Source: Octopus sinensis
Taxonomy: Eukaryota
DNA: 64,000 bases
Assembly: GCF_006345805.1 (NCBI RefSeq)
Contig: NW_021832611.1
Coordinates: 186,001-250,000, forward strand
Direction of reading: 5' to 3'
Shown here: piece after piece, positions 49,921-63,274 of the stretch
Numbering within the stretch: position 1 is the stretch's first letter
How the letters are laid out: each line of letters starts with the position of its first letter
Notes under the pieces: generated by a model
Database searches by the model: none
What the model was told of the DNA's origin: nothing
The model's input: the letters and a program-made list of their open reading frames with translations, nothing else
Translations under genes and position numbers: made by a program

Positions 49921-52464
49921 CTAGGACGTCTTGTTCTTGTCCTCTCGCAAAGTGACCGTCCGGTTGAACACAATCTGCAGTCAGGGAGCAACAAACAACC
50001 TTCTTGTTTGGAATGTCGGAATCGGGATCCACGACAAAATACCCCAATCGCTCGAATTGAAACTTGTCATATATTTGTACATCGAGTAGTCCAGCATCGG
50101 CAAAAGCAGTCAATTCAGTGAAAGAGTCCTACAACAAAGAAAGAAGAGAACCTCGTTGACGTCACTAAGAAAGCCGTCGGGGACTTGTCTGCGATCCTCG
50201 GGAAGTTTGTGTTTGAAACTGGGATAAGGAGGGGGAATACAGGTTGGAATATAGTCTGACAGTGCAGGAGACAGGGAGGGAGACCCAGTGAATGAAAGAA
50301 GAACAGCGTTGGTGGTCGAGTGGGAGACAGTCAATAACGAGTTGGTCGTCTGTGGACTCGACGACTTGGACCATCAAATTGGTGTACTTCAAGCCAACGC
50401 AAGAGGAATGAGTGAGCCGTTTGAAGTTAGTGGCCTCAAATTGGTAGTCTGAGCGTTCGATGAAGATGACGGAGGAGAAGGCAATGGAATGTGAGCCGGC
50501 TTGAGGATTGGCAGGGAAGTCGGGGACAGTGAAGGAAGAGGGGTAAGTAAAGTTGCGTATGTAAAGTTTGAGTGGATTGAGGACAACCATAGTCCTAGAC
50601 AGTGAGATGTGTTAGAAGGAACCGTTTGGCAATGGAATTGAGTACAGTACGAGTACAGGCATCGAGGAGTGAGGGATCAGTGTGTGAGAGGGACATGGTG
50701 ACTCCGACGTTGGCACAAAAGTAGTTGAGAGCGTCGGGTGGGACTCCCCTTCTTCGAAGTGCAGAGAGAGTAAACAGTCTGGGGTCATCCCAATCACTAG
50801 AGTAGAAAAGTCGAGTAAACCTGACGAATCCTCGTTGGATGAGCTTGGCAATCTTCCTCTTGGACACAACACTGTAGTACAAGTTGAGTCGACTGTACTC
50901 CCACTGGACTGGACAGTACACGTCAAGGGCATTGCACAAATAAAAGTAGGACGACCGCCTACACTCCCCGTCATCAATCACCTGCTCTGGAACTCCTTGG
51001 TGCACAAAGAGTGAGTGATGTCCTCGATGGAGTCACACAAGCAGTGAGTAAAGTCATATGTGGGATACACACACCTACACTCCTCCTATTGGCACTACCA
51101 GTCATTCCCTGTTCGGTAGTGCTCGCAGTACTTTATTCGGTAGGCCACCGGGTCCATCTTCCCGTCCTCCATTCTGTGCTTCATTCTCAACGACGCCTCC
51201 CCCTCTTCCAACTTCCCTCTCCTCATGTCCTCGAACAGCCCCAATGACTCCCTCACCGGTCTCGTCCTCCACGGAGACTCCCCCACATTCGTCCCCTTCA
51301 ACTCATCCGCCGACATGTGGCACACGTACGCCAAGTCCTTCCTGATCAGCTCCACTGCCAGAGAGTAAAGCTGCTCAAAGTAGTCCGACGCGTATGTGAT
51401 TGCGTGAGGGGCGTATCCCAGCCACCGAATGTCCTCCTGAATCCCCAGGAAGAATCTCCTTTCTTCTTTCTCCGGATTCGTATCGTCATACCGAAGAAAC
51501 GTGATTCCCCATTCGCCTTCCATATTACCCTCCCTTACCTTCGCATATCCGAAATTCACATTTATTGCCTTTGCGTGACCAATGTGCAGAATTCCGTTCG
51601 GTTCGGGCGGGAACCGAGTCCTCACCTACACTCACCAACCCCAACAACCATTCCCCCTGTCCTCTCCAAGTGAGCAGCCATGTGCTCCATTGTCCTCTCC
51701 GTCATCACATAACCCTCTGTCTTGTAGTTCTCTCCCACCTTGTGGAAACGCGCACAGTCACCACCCATATTCTTCACCATTTCTTCCCTTCTTCCTTTCC
51801 TTCTTTCATTCCCTTCACTCCCCACTTGCGAATACTGTCACACTCACTACACCACTCATACCAGCAATGACACCACACGCCTGATTGTCTCCCCTTCCCC
51901 CCACTTTACCTCATCTTTCACTCTCCCTGCAATCACATTCCAATTCTACCAATCAAATAGCCCACTTTTATCTCCCCACTTTCGATTTTCTCCCTGTTTT
52001 CCTCAATCACAGCCATTGCCTTATTCATTAACTCACACACCTACCGCCGCCCTTATGGTCTCCTCGTCAATTACTACGCCCACTCCACACGCCTCCTCAA
52101 ACGCCCCCACGTCCACCTGCCACGGGTTGTCTGTCACGTAAGTAATGGCCGCTGAGATAATTACTCATCCAAACATACCACTCAGTTGTCCTTCCTTCAC
52201 AAACTTGCCATTTCCGATGTATTCGCAGATCAGACGATGGTGATTCCAGAATTGATTTCGTAGTTTGCTGGCCAGATAGTAGATCAGTTTTCCCTCTGCC
52301 GGACTTATGTGTCCATTTACGGCTTCCACCTGATCATTGACTAATGTGAGTACCTCTCCTATTGCTTCCCCTATTTTTTGTCGAAGTTGCTTGTTTTTGA
52401 GAGTTTCTTTCGCTTTGCTCTCCGATAGGCCAATTCCCACCAAAACATCCAAATCGACGCACAT
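49921..52464 (-). CDS. QARS1: Glutaminyl-tRNA synthetase (eukaryotic type), many 21-30 nt introns
   Basis: [15 protein letters not shown]-domain, [60 protein letters not shown] and FQFERLGYF; stop TAG at 49921-49923. One apparent 1-nt G deficit near 51508. Confidence 0.95.
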
Positions 52465-53039
52465 TGAAATTTTGTTTTCATTGTTTATTTATTATTTTTA
52501 ATGTTGATTTGTAAAATAATAACTGGTAGTAAAAATATATTGCCAGATTTCACAAATAATGAAAATCATTAAATATCTCCTTGTTTGGAAGGCATCTGGA
52601 TGCGACGAAATTTATAATTTCTTTGTTAAAAGATTGGAATTTCTGCACGGATTTTTATGTGTTGAAATTAACAGAACAATCAATGGGGACTACATGCAAG
52701 AAAACTCGTTTTATACTGAAATAACATACCCAATTCTTAAAAAATGATTCTGAAATCCCGAATAATTTATACCATATAACATACATGCCGACACTTTATA
52801 AATTAGTTACTAAAAATGGAAAGGGCTTCTTAGCCATCCAACAGGACTACCTGCCAAAGACCAAGACCTTAGCAACCAAAGTCACATCACCCCGATTCAA
52901 TTCCTCACAAAAACTGCTCCCCGCCCGTCCTGCACTTGCGTTGAGTCCAAAGTCCAACATCGGGAAAAGCTGAGAATGATCTTGAGGATTGTTGAAATCA
53001 CCTAATTAATTACCCTAATTAACTGTTGTTGATTCTTGG

Positions 53040-53400
53040 GTTAAATAAAAAAATGGCAAACTGTCTGAGTTTGTGGATGCATTTGGCTTAATTCCCGACA
53101 ATAAACTTGGTATAAGGAGACAGTGTCAGATGCTAAAGAGCAGGCCCTTATTAACCAGTGTCTAATTGAAGAATATGAAAATGGGCTATATTCTGCATGG
53201 ATTGATTTCAAGTATGCTTTCGATTCAGTTGACCATGAGTTTTTATTTCATGTGATGAATTTTTTTAAAATACCTGTTTGGATTGTAACCTTGTGAAAAG
53301 TATTTTTAAAATGTAAACAAAATGTGAACTTAGCCATTCACGAAGACACGATGAAGTTGTAAAGTGTATTCAACTACATTTTTGTCGAGTAAAAAAGAGC
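53040..53400 (+). mobile_element. R4/Dong-like non-LTR RT fragment
   Basis: AKEQALIN...SAWIDFKYAFDSVDHEF; frameshifted. Confidence 0.65.
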
Positions 53401-53416
53401 AACAAAGATAAAGGAT

Positions 53417-54752
53417 TTATTTATTATTATTTATTAACTCCAAGATCACCGAGAAAGATAGGTCAGGACTAACTAATTAGGTGATCCCTGCCTCCAACCA
53501 CAGCCGTACTTTCCTTACATGATCTTCTAATGACCCGACCGTAATCCGGAAAAGCCTTCTCTTCCTTCTGCAGAGGAACTCAATTGGAGTGCATTTCTTT
53601 ATAACCGACCGAAATTCCTCTGCATGTGCCACCTTTTCCTTGAGTGGGTTTCCCAGTTCCTTGCAGAAACGTAGGAAACCCTGTCCATTCTTCTGCGTCG
53701 CCTCCTCGGAAGCAAGACTGCCAACTGAGGTGTCAGTGTGGAGCATAATCTTCCTTCTGAGTGAGTTCAAACGTTCCGCTTTCGAACAAGCAATAGCAAA
53801 CCTCCAGGCTGAGCAGGCATACTCAACCGTCGGGGCAATCACTTGTTGGTAGACTTTGCTGACACAATCTTTCAGGGGGAAGGGACTCTTCTTTAACAGA
53901 GCTTTCAAGACGTTCCACTTCCGCAGACCTTTAGCTAGGGCCTCCTCTACGTGACTTGAGAACGTCATTAAGGAGTCGAAAACCACGCCAAGGATCTTCT
54001 GGGTACGCGAAGAGGGAATAGGTTTGTCTCCAATGAATAGTTCCAGCCCATTCTTGAATCTTCTGTCAGTAGTAAAGAGGGTGAATTGGAATTTGGATGC
54101 AGACACACACAACATGTTTGCAGATAGCCAATCACATACACGGTTGAGGTGTGACTGGACCATTGCGACAGCCACAGAAGGAGATTTATCTCTTGCAGCG
54201 ATAATCAGGTCGTCCGCATAGGATAAGAACATTATGTCTGGGTCATTAGTAGTGGGTAGGTCATGTAGAAATAGGTTAAAAAGGAGAGGAGATAAAGGGG
54301 AGCCTTGTGGGACACCATTGGGCAGTAGTCTTGATCTTGAGGTAGTATTGTCGATACGGACCCTTCCGCGTCGGCCAGTTAAGAAATTTTCCAACCACAG
54401 TTTGATGTTCGGATGTAAGTTCGAATCAAATATCTTCCGCGTTAGGAGTTTCCTCGGGACAGAATCAAAAGCCTTTTGTATATCAATAGATACTAAGGCC
54501 GTCCGTAGGTGTGTTCGCATGTTAAAACCTTCAGTGATAAACTGGGAGACAGAACACAAGTGGGTCGTTGTGGAACGGTCTGGTCTAAAACCGTGCTGGA
54601 ATTCTGGCAGTTGTAGGACAGGAGAGATTCGCATTAATACGAGCTTTTCCAGTACTTTCGATAAGATACAAGTTATTGAGATTGGGCGGTATGAAGAGGG
54701 GGCATCCTTTGGTTTCCCAGGCTTTAGGATTGGCGTAATTAGGGAGTTTTTC
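53417..54752 (-). mobile_element. 5'-truncated LINE (second Jockey-group family) with open RT ORF 53477-54754
   Basis: YRPISI, QHGFR, IDIQKAFDSV, GVPQGSPLSP, YADD. (TAA)-rich tail. 12-bp TSD AAGATAAAGGAT (53405-53416, 54753-54764). Confidence 0.93.
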
Positions 54753-55949
54753 AAGATAAAGGATCACTGTGTTGAGTCTATAATATCGACAGAAAATGTT
54801 GAAATCCTAATTGATATCTCCTGAATTGATTTTTTTAATCACAAAAACAACTTCGGAGGCTCCGAGGATTCTCAGACAAATATTATACTGGGCTGCTCGA
54901 CCTCAGTCTCTTCCACTATCATTTTGGAGACCGTGACAGCCACCTAATTAAAAAAATATTAATTTAAATTATTATTAATCAATAATATACTTTGACGGGA
55001 AGAATCATTAGTTTTTGTCCTGTAGTGACTCCAGTTCACAAAAAAACCAAGGTTCCGATTATTATTGCCTTATCTGCCTCCAAAAACCTGACTGGATGGT
55101 AAGGCCTTTGATCAATCGGCTTCAGACTGTCCTACGGATCCAGAAAAGTCCACTTTCTTTGCATTACTTTAGTAAGCACACCTAAATCAGGAATACACAT
55201 CCACAGGAGGCATTTCCTTGAAAAAGAACCTTCAAACCCTGAGCAAAGCATAATAAAGCATTCAAACCTGAAGAATCCTAACTGTTTTAAAAACGGCGCT
55301 AATTTCGCGTCACAAAATTTAAACCTTTGGCGAAAAAAATGTGTGAAATTACCTTTCTTCGGGCCACGTCTATTTTATTAATAGACAACAAAATAATCCA
55401 CTATGTAAGGTGAGTAAGGTATCTGTTAGATTAGTGGTCCTTATTTGTGGCTTCTCGCATGCTTTGTTCTACTGGTGTATACACATTTCACTACATTTTA
55501 TTTAGTAGAGAGTTTAGAGCGTAATTTAGTCAGAAAGTCTGCAATACCAACAACGAATTTGGCAGAGACAGCTACAGGGGCGATTATAGTGTCCTCCAGA
55601 CGAACAAATGCATCAAATCTCCGACTTGCGTCTTGTAAATCGACTTTATTCCACACCAAAAAGAAGGAAGGCGATTCAGTCCTTCTTTGTAATCCTTCAA
55701 CTGACACTTTAAATCTTGGAACTGGCGAAATAAATTGAGAGAAAGATCAAGGACAAACACAAAACAAGGACACGAAATCAAAGGCTTTGCCCACTCCTCC
55801 ATATTCTGCCACGTTCGGCATCCTGGTCACGGAAGAACGGAAAGCGCGGTTTCCGTTTCCGCCACTTCATCTGTGGGCGGCAATAAAAAAGTATCTACAT
55901 TAGTATCTCAAATCAATTCCCCATTGTAATCAGAGTGATTAAAGATCTG

Positions 55950-57480
55950 TACATAAATGTCGACTTATTCACAAAACTACCTAATTCAAAATGTCTGTAA
56001 AAATCATACATCTATTGGTGGGCATTCTAGATATCATGTTTTATTCATCCATGATTTGAAACTTAAAGAAGATAAATAATGAAGGATGTAATTATTTACT
56101 TTAATGGTTTGGAAAAACATTTTGAAGAATCAGCAACAGCTCATTATTTATTGATGAATGATGCCGCGTTAATGAATGGACTAAATAGCTATTGTTATTT
56201 GGGAGTGCTAGAAGACAGATGCAGGAAATTGCATAATATTTGAAATGAAAACAATCGAAACCAACGACAGAAAAAATTGGCTTAAATATTTAGTTTAAAT
56301 TATTAAAAGGGGACTATTTACGCTGCATCTGTAATATTGAATTTTCAAATATGCAACAAAGATTCAAAAATCACACAAACAATTCGACATTTGGCTGTAA
56401 GTTTGTGTCTTTTAAAAACCCAATTTTAAAAAATCCTAACATTTAAAATAATCAGCAAGTTTCCAACAAACTCAGTCTACCCAATACACTTTCTGACCGG
56501 GCCCCGGATCTTGACGGGAAATAAGTGTAATAAAAAATATATCAATTAAATGTCCAAATAATGAGTTATTCACAATAAAATGTGACTTTTAATTATAATG
56601 GTTTCACTTGTCCTACTTTTTGTTCACTTTGTGATTTAAAACGACTGTAATTTAACACAACAGATTTTTGAAGAATTGCTTAATTTAAATTAGGTTTTTC
56701 AATAATTGTAATTTCAATAGAGAAAATGCTGCGGGACATACAACATCAATGCAATTTTGAGAAACGTTACATTTCCAGATAAAAAAAATATTCTCAAATT
56801 TAACAAACTTGGAGCGATTGTAATCAATATTTCATTAATGCTAGTTACTGTTATGGAAACTCGCTAAAGAGAATACTAAACAACTCATTGAATGAATTGG
56901 ATCACTAATTTCCATATGCATATTTAAATATTTCGAATCATTAGAGCACTGTATTACTGTAGTAACCTTCGTTACTTGAATGTAGATGCCTTTGCATGCC
57001 TAGAAAGTTTAAAATCTCTGTACAAATCTTATTTGCATTAAAGATACATGCCATTAAATGTCATTTTTCAGTCACCCAAAATCACTCATCTCTTAAAAAT
57101 TCGGTATTTTAAATTACTCACTGTGTAGTATTGAGAATAGCCATAAAATGTGCATATTTACCAATAGGCCCCATCCAATAATGTATACTTGGATATTCTC
57201 ATATAAGGAATGCAAAAACGACGATGAAGAATTTTGCGTTCAACAATTTTTCAAAAAATTTTATAAATATGATCTACTGGCAAATAAACTTTCGATACTC
57301 TATGAAACACAGGTGAAAACTATTCCGGTGGTTTTGATTTTTGTATATGACATAGTCAAAATCTCAATTAAATATGATTATACAAAACGGAATCACGTCA
57401 CAGGAAGCACTGAAGAAAACGGATATGGAAAATCTACACAAGTATGACTTGTTAGTAACTGAATTGAAATTCTATACAAT
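55950..57480 (+). pseudogene. Possible highly degenerate DNA-transposase remnant (MULE-like?)
   Basis: Fragmentary coding-like stretches (e.g. YLLMNDAA) with many stops. The family assignment is weak. Confidence 0.25.
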
Positions 57481-57522
57481 GCTCCGGTAAAAATTGTCTG
57501 AATTTATTTAGCATAAAATGTA

Positions 57523-59086
57523 CAGTAGACTATTCATTTAACGAAAATGAAAATTGAGCATTCGTTAAATGAATTTAACGAAAAAAATTGTTTAATTAAA
57601 AATGTGTCATGTAATCGGTAATTTTAGGTTCTTTCTTTTTAATTTTTGCCAATATATTTCTCAAATTTGTAATTAGGTGAATATGTTCACCAGATTCTTG
57701 CAAAAAATATTTTTCAATATTTTCCAAATATTTAAGTGCATCTGCATAACCAATGGGATTGTCATTTGTGCTATCTATTTCTTCATGCTCATTTTCTTCC
57801 TCACATTGTATTGTATCAAGATACGCGTTTTCTTCGCAGACGACAGGTGCACAGACAGGAAACTCAATCATAATTTCACTTTTATTATCTCTAATTGTAA
57901 GGTGATTTAAATTTAATACCTTTTTCGTCAGTGGATTCTTCAAGTATTTTTTCATCTATCTTCGCCCAATTATTTAATGCCTTGTTAAAGCAATTTTTGA
58001 TAGTGTCCACTGTGACTTCGTTCCAAGCCTCAATAATTAAAGGTAGAGCATTCACTAATTTGAATTTGGTAAGTTCATGTGTATATGACAATGTTCCTAT
58101 ATTTGTTCCCATACTCAAATTTCTAGTCATTCCTTTTTTATACAACGATTTAAATGAATGCACAATCCCTTGATCAATTGGTTGAATCTTAGATATTGTC
58201 TTTGGAGGAAGAAAATACAATTCGATATTACTGAATTCGCCATCAAAATAGTGAACTGGCGCATTATATAAAAGAAGCAAAATCTTTCTATTTTCCACAC
58301 TCATTTTGGAATTTAACCGTTCAACCCAGTTTTTAAAAATTAAACTGGTCATCCAAGATTTATTGCTATTTGCATATTGAATCCCAAGATTATTCATATT
58401 AATATTTTTAAAACCATGAGGATTTTTGAATTTTCCGATTACCAACGGATGCTCTTTATCTCCTTCCATACTCTTCCTTAAAGCGTGAAATCCATGGGTG
58501 AGATGCTTTGAAATTTTCAATATAAAATCGTTGAGCAATTTTGAGTGCCATTTCGCGTACCATTTCATTAGTTATGGTGTGATTACAGAAACGTTTGTTC
58601 TGAATCCATGCATATAGTGGTTCATATATCTTATCAGTACAACTTTTAAATGTAATATTCTTTTTTTGTTTGTGACGCCTTGATCCATACAATTGCATTT
58701 TCTTCAACGTTGAATTGATCACTCCAATAGGCATATTAAACCGCTGAGCCAAATTTTCTTGAGTAACAGCAGGATTATTCTTCTTGAAATCAATAACTTC
58801 CAGTTTTTGTTGAATTTGATAAGTTTTTCTTTTTTCTTCATATTGTTCACCCTTGTACACATGGTTTACTACAAAGAAATAGCGAGGAAAAATTATTTTA
58901 AAATTTTATCAAAAATTTTAATTTTCGTTATTTAAATATTCGTTAAATATATTTAAATATTCACTAATACAAAGAAAAAAAATTTTTATTTTTGAATTTA
59001 TCTAAGGAAAAACGTAAAAAATATTTTGACTTTCGTAAAATGAATATTTTCGTTAAATTTTTTTTCGTTAAATGGATAGTCTACTG
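57523..59086 (-). mobile_element. Tigger/pogo DNA transposon, copy 1 (internally deleted)
   Basis: TIRs CAGTAGACTATTCATTTAACGAAA / TTTCGTTAAATGGATAGTCTACTG, flanked by TA. CENP-B-type HTH domains, then PLVIGKFKNP, KSWMT, LLLLYNAPVH and IQPIDQGI. The first catalytic-Asp region is deleted and the second Asp is changed to Tyr. Confidence 0.95.
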
Positions 59087-60033
59087 TAATTGTTTTAAGT
59101 CTGAAAATAGATACATTCTCATAGAGATGCCTAGAAAGATTGGATAATACATATACAGTAGACTATTCATTTAACGAAAATGAAAATTGAGCATTCGTTA
59201 AATGAATTTAACGAAAAAAATTGTTTAATTAAAAATGTGTCATGTAATCGGTAATTTTAGGTTCTTTCTTTTTAATTTTTGCCAATATATTTCTCAAATT
59301 TGTAATTAGGTGAATATGTTCACCAGATTCTTGCAAAAAATATTTTTCAATATTTTCAAATATTTAAGTGCATCTGCATAACCAATGGGATTGTCATTTG
59401 TGCTATCTATTTCTTCATGCTCATTTTCTTCCTCACATTGTATTGTATCAAGATACGCGTTTTCTTCGCAGACGACAGGTGCACAGACAGGAAACTCAAT
59501 CATAATTTCACTTTTATTATCTCTAATTGTAAGGTGATTTAAATTTAATACCTTTTTCGTCAGTGGATTCTTCAAGTATTTTTTCATCTATCTTCGCCCA
59601 ATTATTTAATGCCTTGTTAAAGCAATTTTTGATAGTGTCCACTGTGACTTCGTTCCAAGCCTCAATAATTAAAGGTAGAGCATTCACTAATTTGAATTTG
59701 GTAAGTTCATGTGTATATGACAATGTTCCTATATTGTTCCCATACTCAAATTTCTAGTCATTCCTTTTTTATACAACGATTTAAATGAATGCACAATCCC
59801 TTGATCAATTGGTTGAATCTTAGATGTTGTCTTTGGAGGAAGAAAATACAATTCGATATTACTGAATTCGCCATCAAAATAGTGAACTGGCGCATTATAT
59901 AAAAGAAGCAAAATCTTTCTATTTTCCACACTCATTTTGGAATTTAACCGTTCAACCCAGTTTTTAAAAATTAAACTGGTCATCCAGATTTATTGCTATT
60001 TGCATATTGAATCCCAAGATTATTCATATTAAT

Positions 60034-60796
60034 GAATGAATGAATGAATTTTTATTAACGGAAAAGCCGAAAAAAGAGGGAGAAAGTTAATGAGACAACG
60101 TATGCCTCTTCTTCGTTGTTTCCCTCTTTTTTTTTTTTTTTTTAATATTTAATTCGAGAGGAAAAGGCTCTCTCAAGAACACTTCCAACCGTTCCCGTCG
60201 CGTCTTCCATCACTTGAGGGATGGGTTGGTCCAACTGGAGTCCATTTGCCAATTTGATGGCATATCGCCTCGTCTTTTCGAGCTTAGCGATAATGCCATC
60301 CCTTTCAGCAGTAGGATACCATCCCTCGAACCCGTAGGTAAGCAATGGTTCGACGCACGTTTTATAAACATATAAAAACGTTTCCGGGGAAAGGTGGAAG
60401 TGAATTATGCTCCTGAGAATTTGAGCGCATTTCCTTCTCCTCGAGTCGATGTATCTGAAGTAAGAACCCTTGGATCCAACTTCAACCCCAAGGTATTTCA
60501 GGTTCTCCGTTACTGTAAACCCATAGAGGTTTCTCGGCGGTTTTCGTTTTGCTCCCTGTTTTGCAATCCAGATGGCGGTGCACTTTTCTTTTGCAAGCGT
60601 CAGTCCTTTTGATATGCACCATTCTTCCACTCTTGTCACGTATCCTTTTAACTTCCTCCACGAGATGTCTTTCTCCACGAAGCATCCGTTATTAATATGT
60701 CGTCCGCGTAGATCATGAGACGACTGGTAGGATCTTTCGGTTTGGAATATCAGCAAAACGTAAATATTAAAAAGCAGGGGGCTCAAGACCGAGCCT
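60034..60796 (-). mobile_element. 5'-truncated Jockey-group LINE, copy C
   Basis: Near-identical to 28070-28832, with a (GAAT)n tail on the plus strand. 11-bp TSD TTCATATTAAT (60023-60033, 60797-60807); the empty site is visible in Tigger copy 1. Confidence 0.96.
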
Positions 60797-61400
60797 TTCA
60801 TATTAATATTTTTAAAACCATGAGGATTTTTGAATTTTCCGATTACCAACGGATGCTCTTTATCTCCTTCCATACTCTTCCTTAAAGCGTGAAATCCATG
60901 GGTGAGATGCTTTGAAATTTTCAATATAAAATCGTTGAGCAATTTTGAGTGCCATTTCGCGTACCATTTCATTAGTTATGGTGTGATTACAGAACGTTTG
61001 TTCTGAATCCATGCATTTAACGAAAATGAAATATAGTGGTTCATATATCTTATCAGTACAACTTTTAAATGTAATATTCTTTTTTGTTTGTGACGCCTTG
61101 ATCCATACAATTGCATTTTCTTCAACGTTGAATTGATCACTCCAATAGGCATATTACCGCTGAGCCAAATTTTCTTGAGTAACAGCAGGATTATTCTTCT
61201 TGAAATCAATAACTTCCAGTTTTGTTGAATTTGATAAGTTTTTCTTTTTTCTTCATATTGTTCACCCTTGTACACATGGTTTACTACAAAGAAATAGCGA
61301 GGAATAATTATTTTAAAATTTATATCAAAAATTTTAATTTTCGTTATTTAAATATTCGTTAATATATTTAAATATTCACTAATACAAAGAAAAAAAATTT

Positions 61401-62089
61401 GGTACTTTTGTCGAAGTGGTCGCATTTTTTTTAGGCCTTTTAAAAAATCTAATAATTTTTGAGGTGGAATATATTATATTTTATTTAAGTCGCTCTATCA
61501 ATAATTTAAAATATTATTAAATTTTTTACTAATTTATTTTCTAATTTTTTTAATATTATGGCGAGCATGTACCTAATATTGATATAAACTGGCACTATAG
61601 GTCACATGGAAAATTCTGTTGTGGACTTATGCAACATCAAATTCCGACAGCTCCCAATAAGTAAGGAGGATGCAGTGCATTTTCTGCAAAATGTGGATAT
61701 CCTTTCAAAATCACGTATATGTCCGAAGGGACATCAGATGCAAGAATAAAGCTCAAAGAGGAGCTGTAAGACATCATCTGGGATCTTATTTCGCAGGTTT
61801 TTTTAGTTAGTTATTTTTCAGAATTTATGTGGCGAAAACAACAGAACAGAACTATAAGGATGTTTTGCACAGATTGTAAAAGACATAAATTCCTTCTACA
61901 GTCCTGGAATTTGGATGCCGCCGCGTACTAAAAATGACTAAATTGGTTAAATAAATTTTTTTAATAATTTTAATAACCATTTAAATTATTGATAGAGGGT
62001 TATAAATTAAATAATCTATTTTTCACTAAAAAAATTAATTAATTTTAATTATCTTCTAAAAAAACTGCGACCACTTCGACAAAAGTACC
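61401..62089 (+). mobile_element. Internally deleted Merlin (IS1016/ISXO2-like) DNA transposon
   Basis: TIR GGTACTTTTGTCGAAGTGGTCGCA and its reverse complement. 8-bp TSD AAAAATTT. N-terminal RICPKGHQM. C-terminal HLGSYFAEFMWRK spans a 25-nt intron (61797-61821). Confidence 0.9.
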
Positions 62090-62279
62090 AAAAATTTTTA
62101 TTTTTGAATTTATCTAAGGAAAAACGTAAAAAATATTTTGACTTTCATAAAATGAATATTTTCGTTAAATTTTTTTTCTTAAAATGGATAGTCTACTGTA
62201 ATTGTTTTAAGTCTGAAAATAGATACATTCTCATAGAGATGCCTAGAAAGATTGGATAATACATATATATTCTAGTCAC

Positions 62280-62600
62280 GTGGAAATCAGGGAATGTGTA
62301 GACTCGGCCATAAAAAACAATCTCTTATTTTTGTCGAGCAAGAGCACTGATGAGAGCACGAAAGGGGACTCACCTAGTGTTGCCTATTTATTACTGCCCA
62401 TCTCCTTCTCGATTAAGGACTCAGAATTGAGGAGGCAACTGGATGTGAAGAATTCTCAGCTGGAAACCCAGCAGATGGAGAACAGGCGACCTCAAGTGCC
62501 GAATAGAAAACAGTCCAAACACGTGGAATATTGGTTATACTTAATAGTAAGTGTGTTGTGTTTCTTAGTGGCGTACTATTTGTTTTATTGGTTGTGGTAA
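62280..62600 (+). CDS. C-terminal part of a coiled-coil, tail-anchored membrane protein (possibly a displaced fragment)
   Basis: Short coiled coil followed by terminal hydrophobic helix WLYLIVSVLCFLVAYYLFYWLW*. No upstream exons are identifiable. Confidence 0.35.
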   Translation: MEIRECVDSAIKNNLLFLSSKSTDESTKGDSPSVAYLLLPISFSIKDSELRRQLDVKNSQLETQQMENRRPQVPNRKQSKHVEYWLYLIVSVLCFLVAYYLFYWLW

Positions 62601-62689
62601 AAGAGTTAGACTAGCACAACGACATTGGTCTGCATCTTAACCCCCACTTGGAATGCAATTTCCACCTACCGAGCACTCACGGAATGCCC

Positions 62690-62916
62690 CAATGCCCTCC
62701 CTGATAACTTGATAACTATCCATCAATTTCGAAATCAACTCTGATGATTTGGAATTGTTTTCGCGATTAAAATATTCAGATAATTCATTCCTCAAAAAAA
62801 CTATGGCAAGAATGTTTCCCCGAGATAACCATTTCACTAATAAAATTAAAATAAATGTTTAGATGTTTCTCGCGAGATCTCCAATAGATCCGCGAACTCC
62901 AGGTTTAGAACCACTG
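62690..62916 (-). mobile_element. hAT fragment with terminal inverted repeat
   Basis: KWLSRGNIL...LRNEL motif; TIR-like AGAACCACTG ending at 62916. Confidence 0.6.
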
Positions 62917-63274
62917 TTTTAAGGACAGTTTAATGCATCTAAGCTCGTAGAAACTTATCTACACTCAGCTGCATTAAGTAACCCTTGTGATATTTGATGA
63001 CCACTTTATCCCATGTCATCACACATAAAATATCCCTGTCTTTACACTGGTTCTTTAGCCATAGCTCGTTCCTCTTTTCAATTTTAACTGTTTATAAAAT
63101 ATCTAGGCATCTAATGTGCCTAGATTAACTTGGGGTACGGATAAAATTCACTGTAGTTTGCTTATCTTATAAAGATAATTAATATTGAAATAATTAAGTA
63201 AGAATTTTAATAATATTTACGATAGAAATGTTATAAAAATACGTTTCATAGTTACTAACAATTTTAGTTACTGA

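Larger units (their letters stand above)
59156..62198 (-). mobile_element. Tigger/pogo copy 2, carrying a LINE and a Merlin insertion
   Basis: Same TIRs and same internal deletion as copy 1; interrupted at 60034-60796 and 61401-62089. Confidence 0.95.

Noticed and set aside
51011-52141. Plus-strand Pro/Ser/His-rich ORFs
   Set aside because: They are antisense shadows of the G/A-rich GlnRS exons.
49921-52464. Horizontal transfer or contamination as the cause of GlnRS GC richness
   Set aside because: It has the eukaryote-specific N-domain and the same micro-introns as its neighbours, and composition grades into AT-rich flanks. Not fully excluded without reads.
60142-60972. 276-aa ORF appearing to fuse transposase and RT
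   Set aside because: It is a chance junction of the LINE insertion in a dead Tigger. The start is in the wrong Tigger frame and the YADD motif is frameshifted out.
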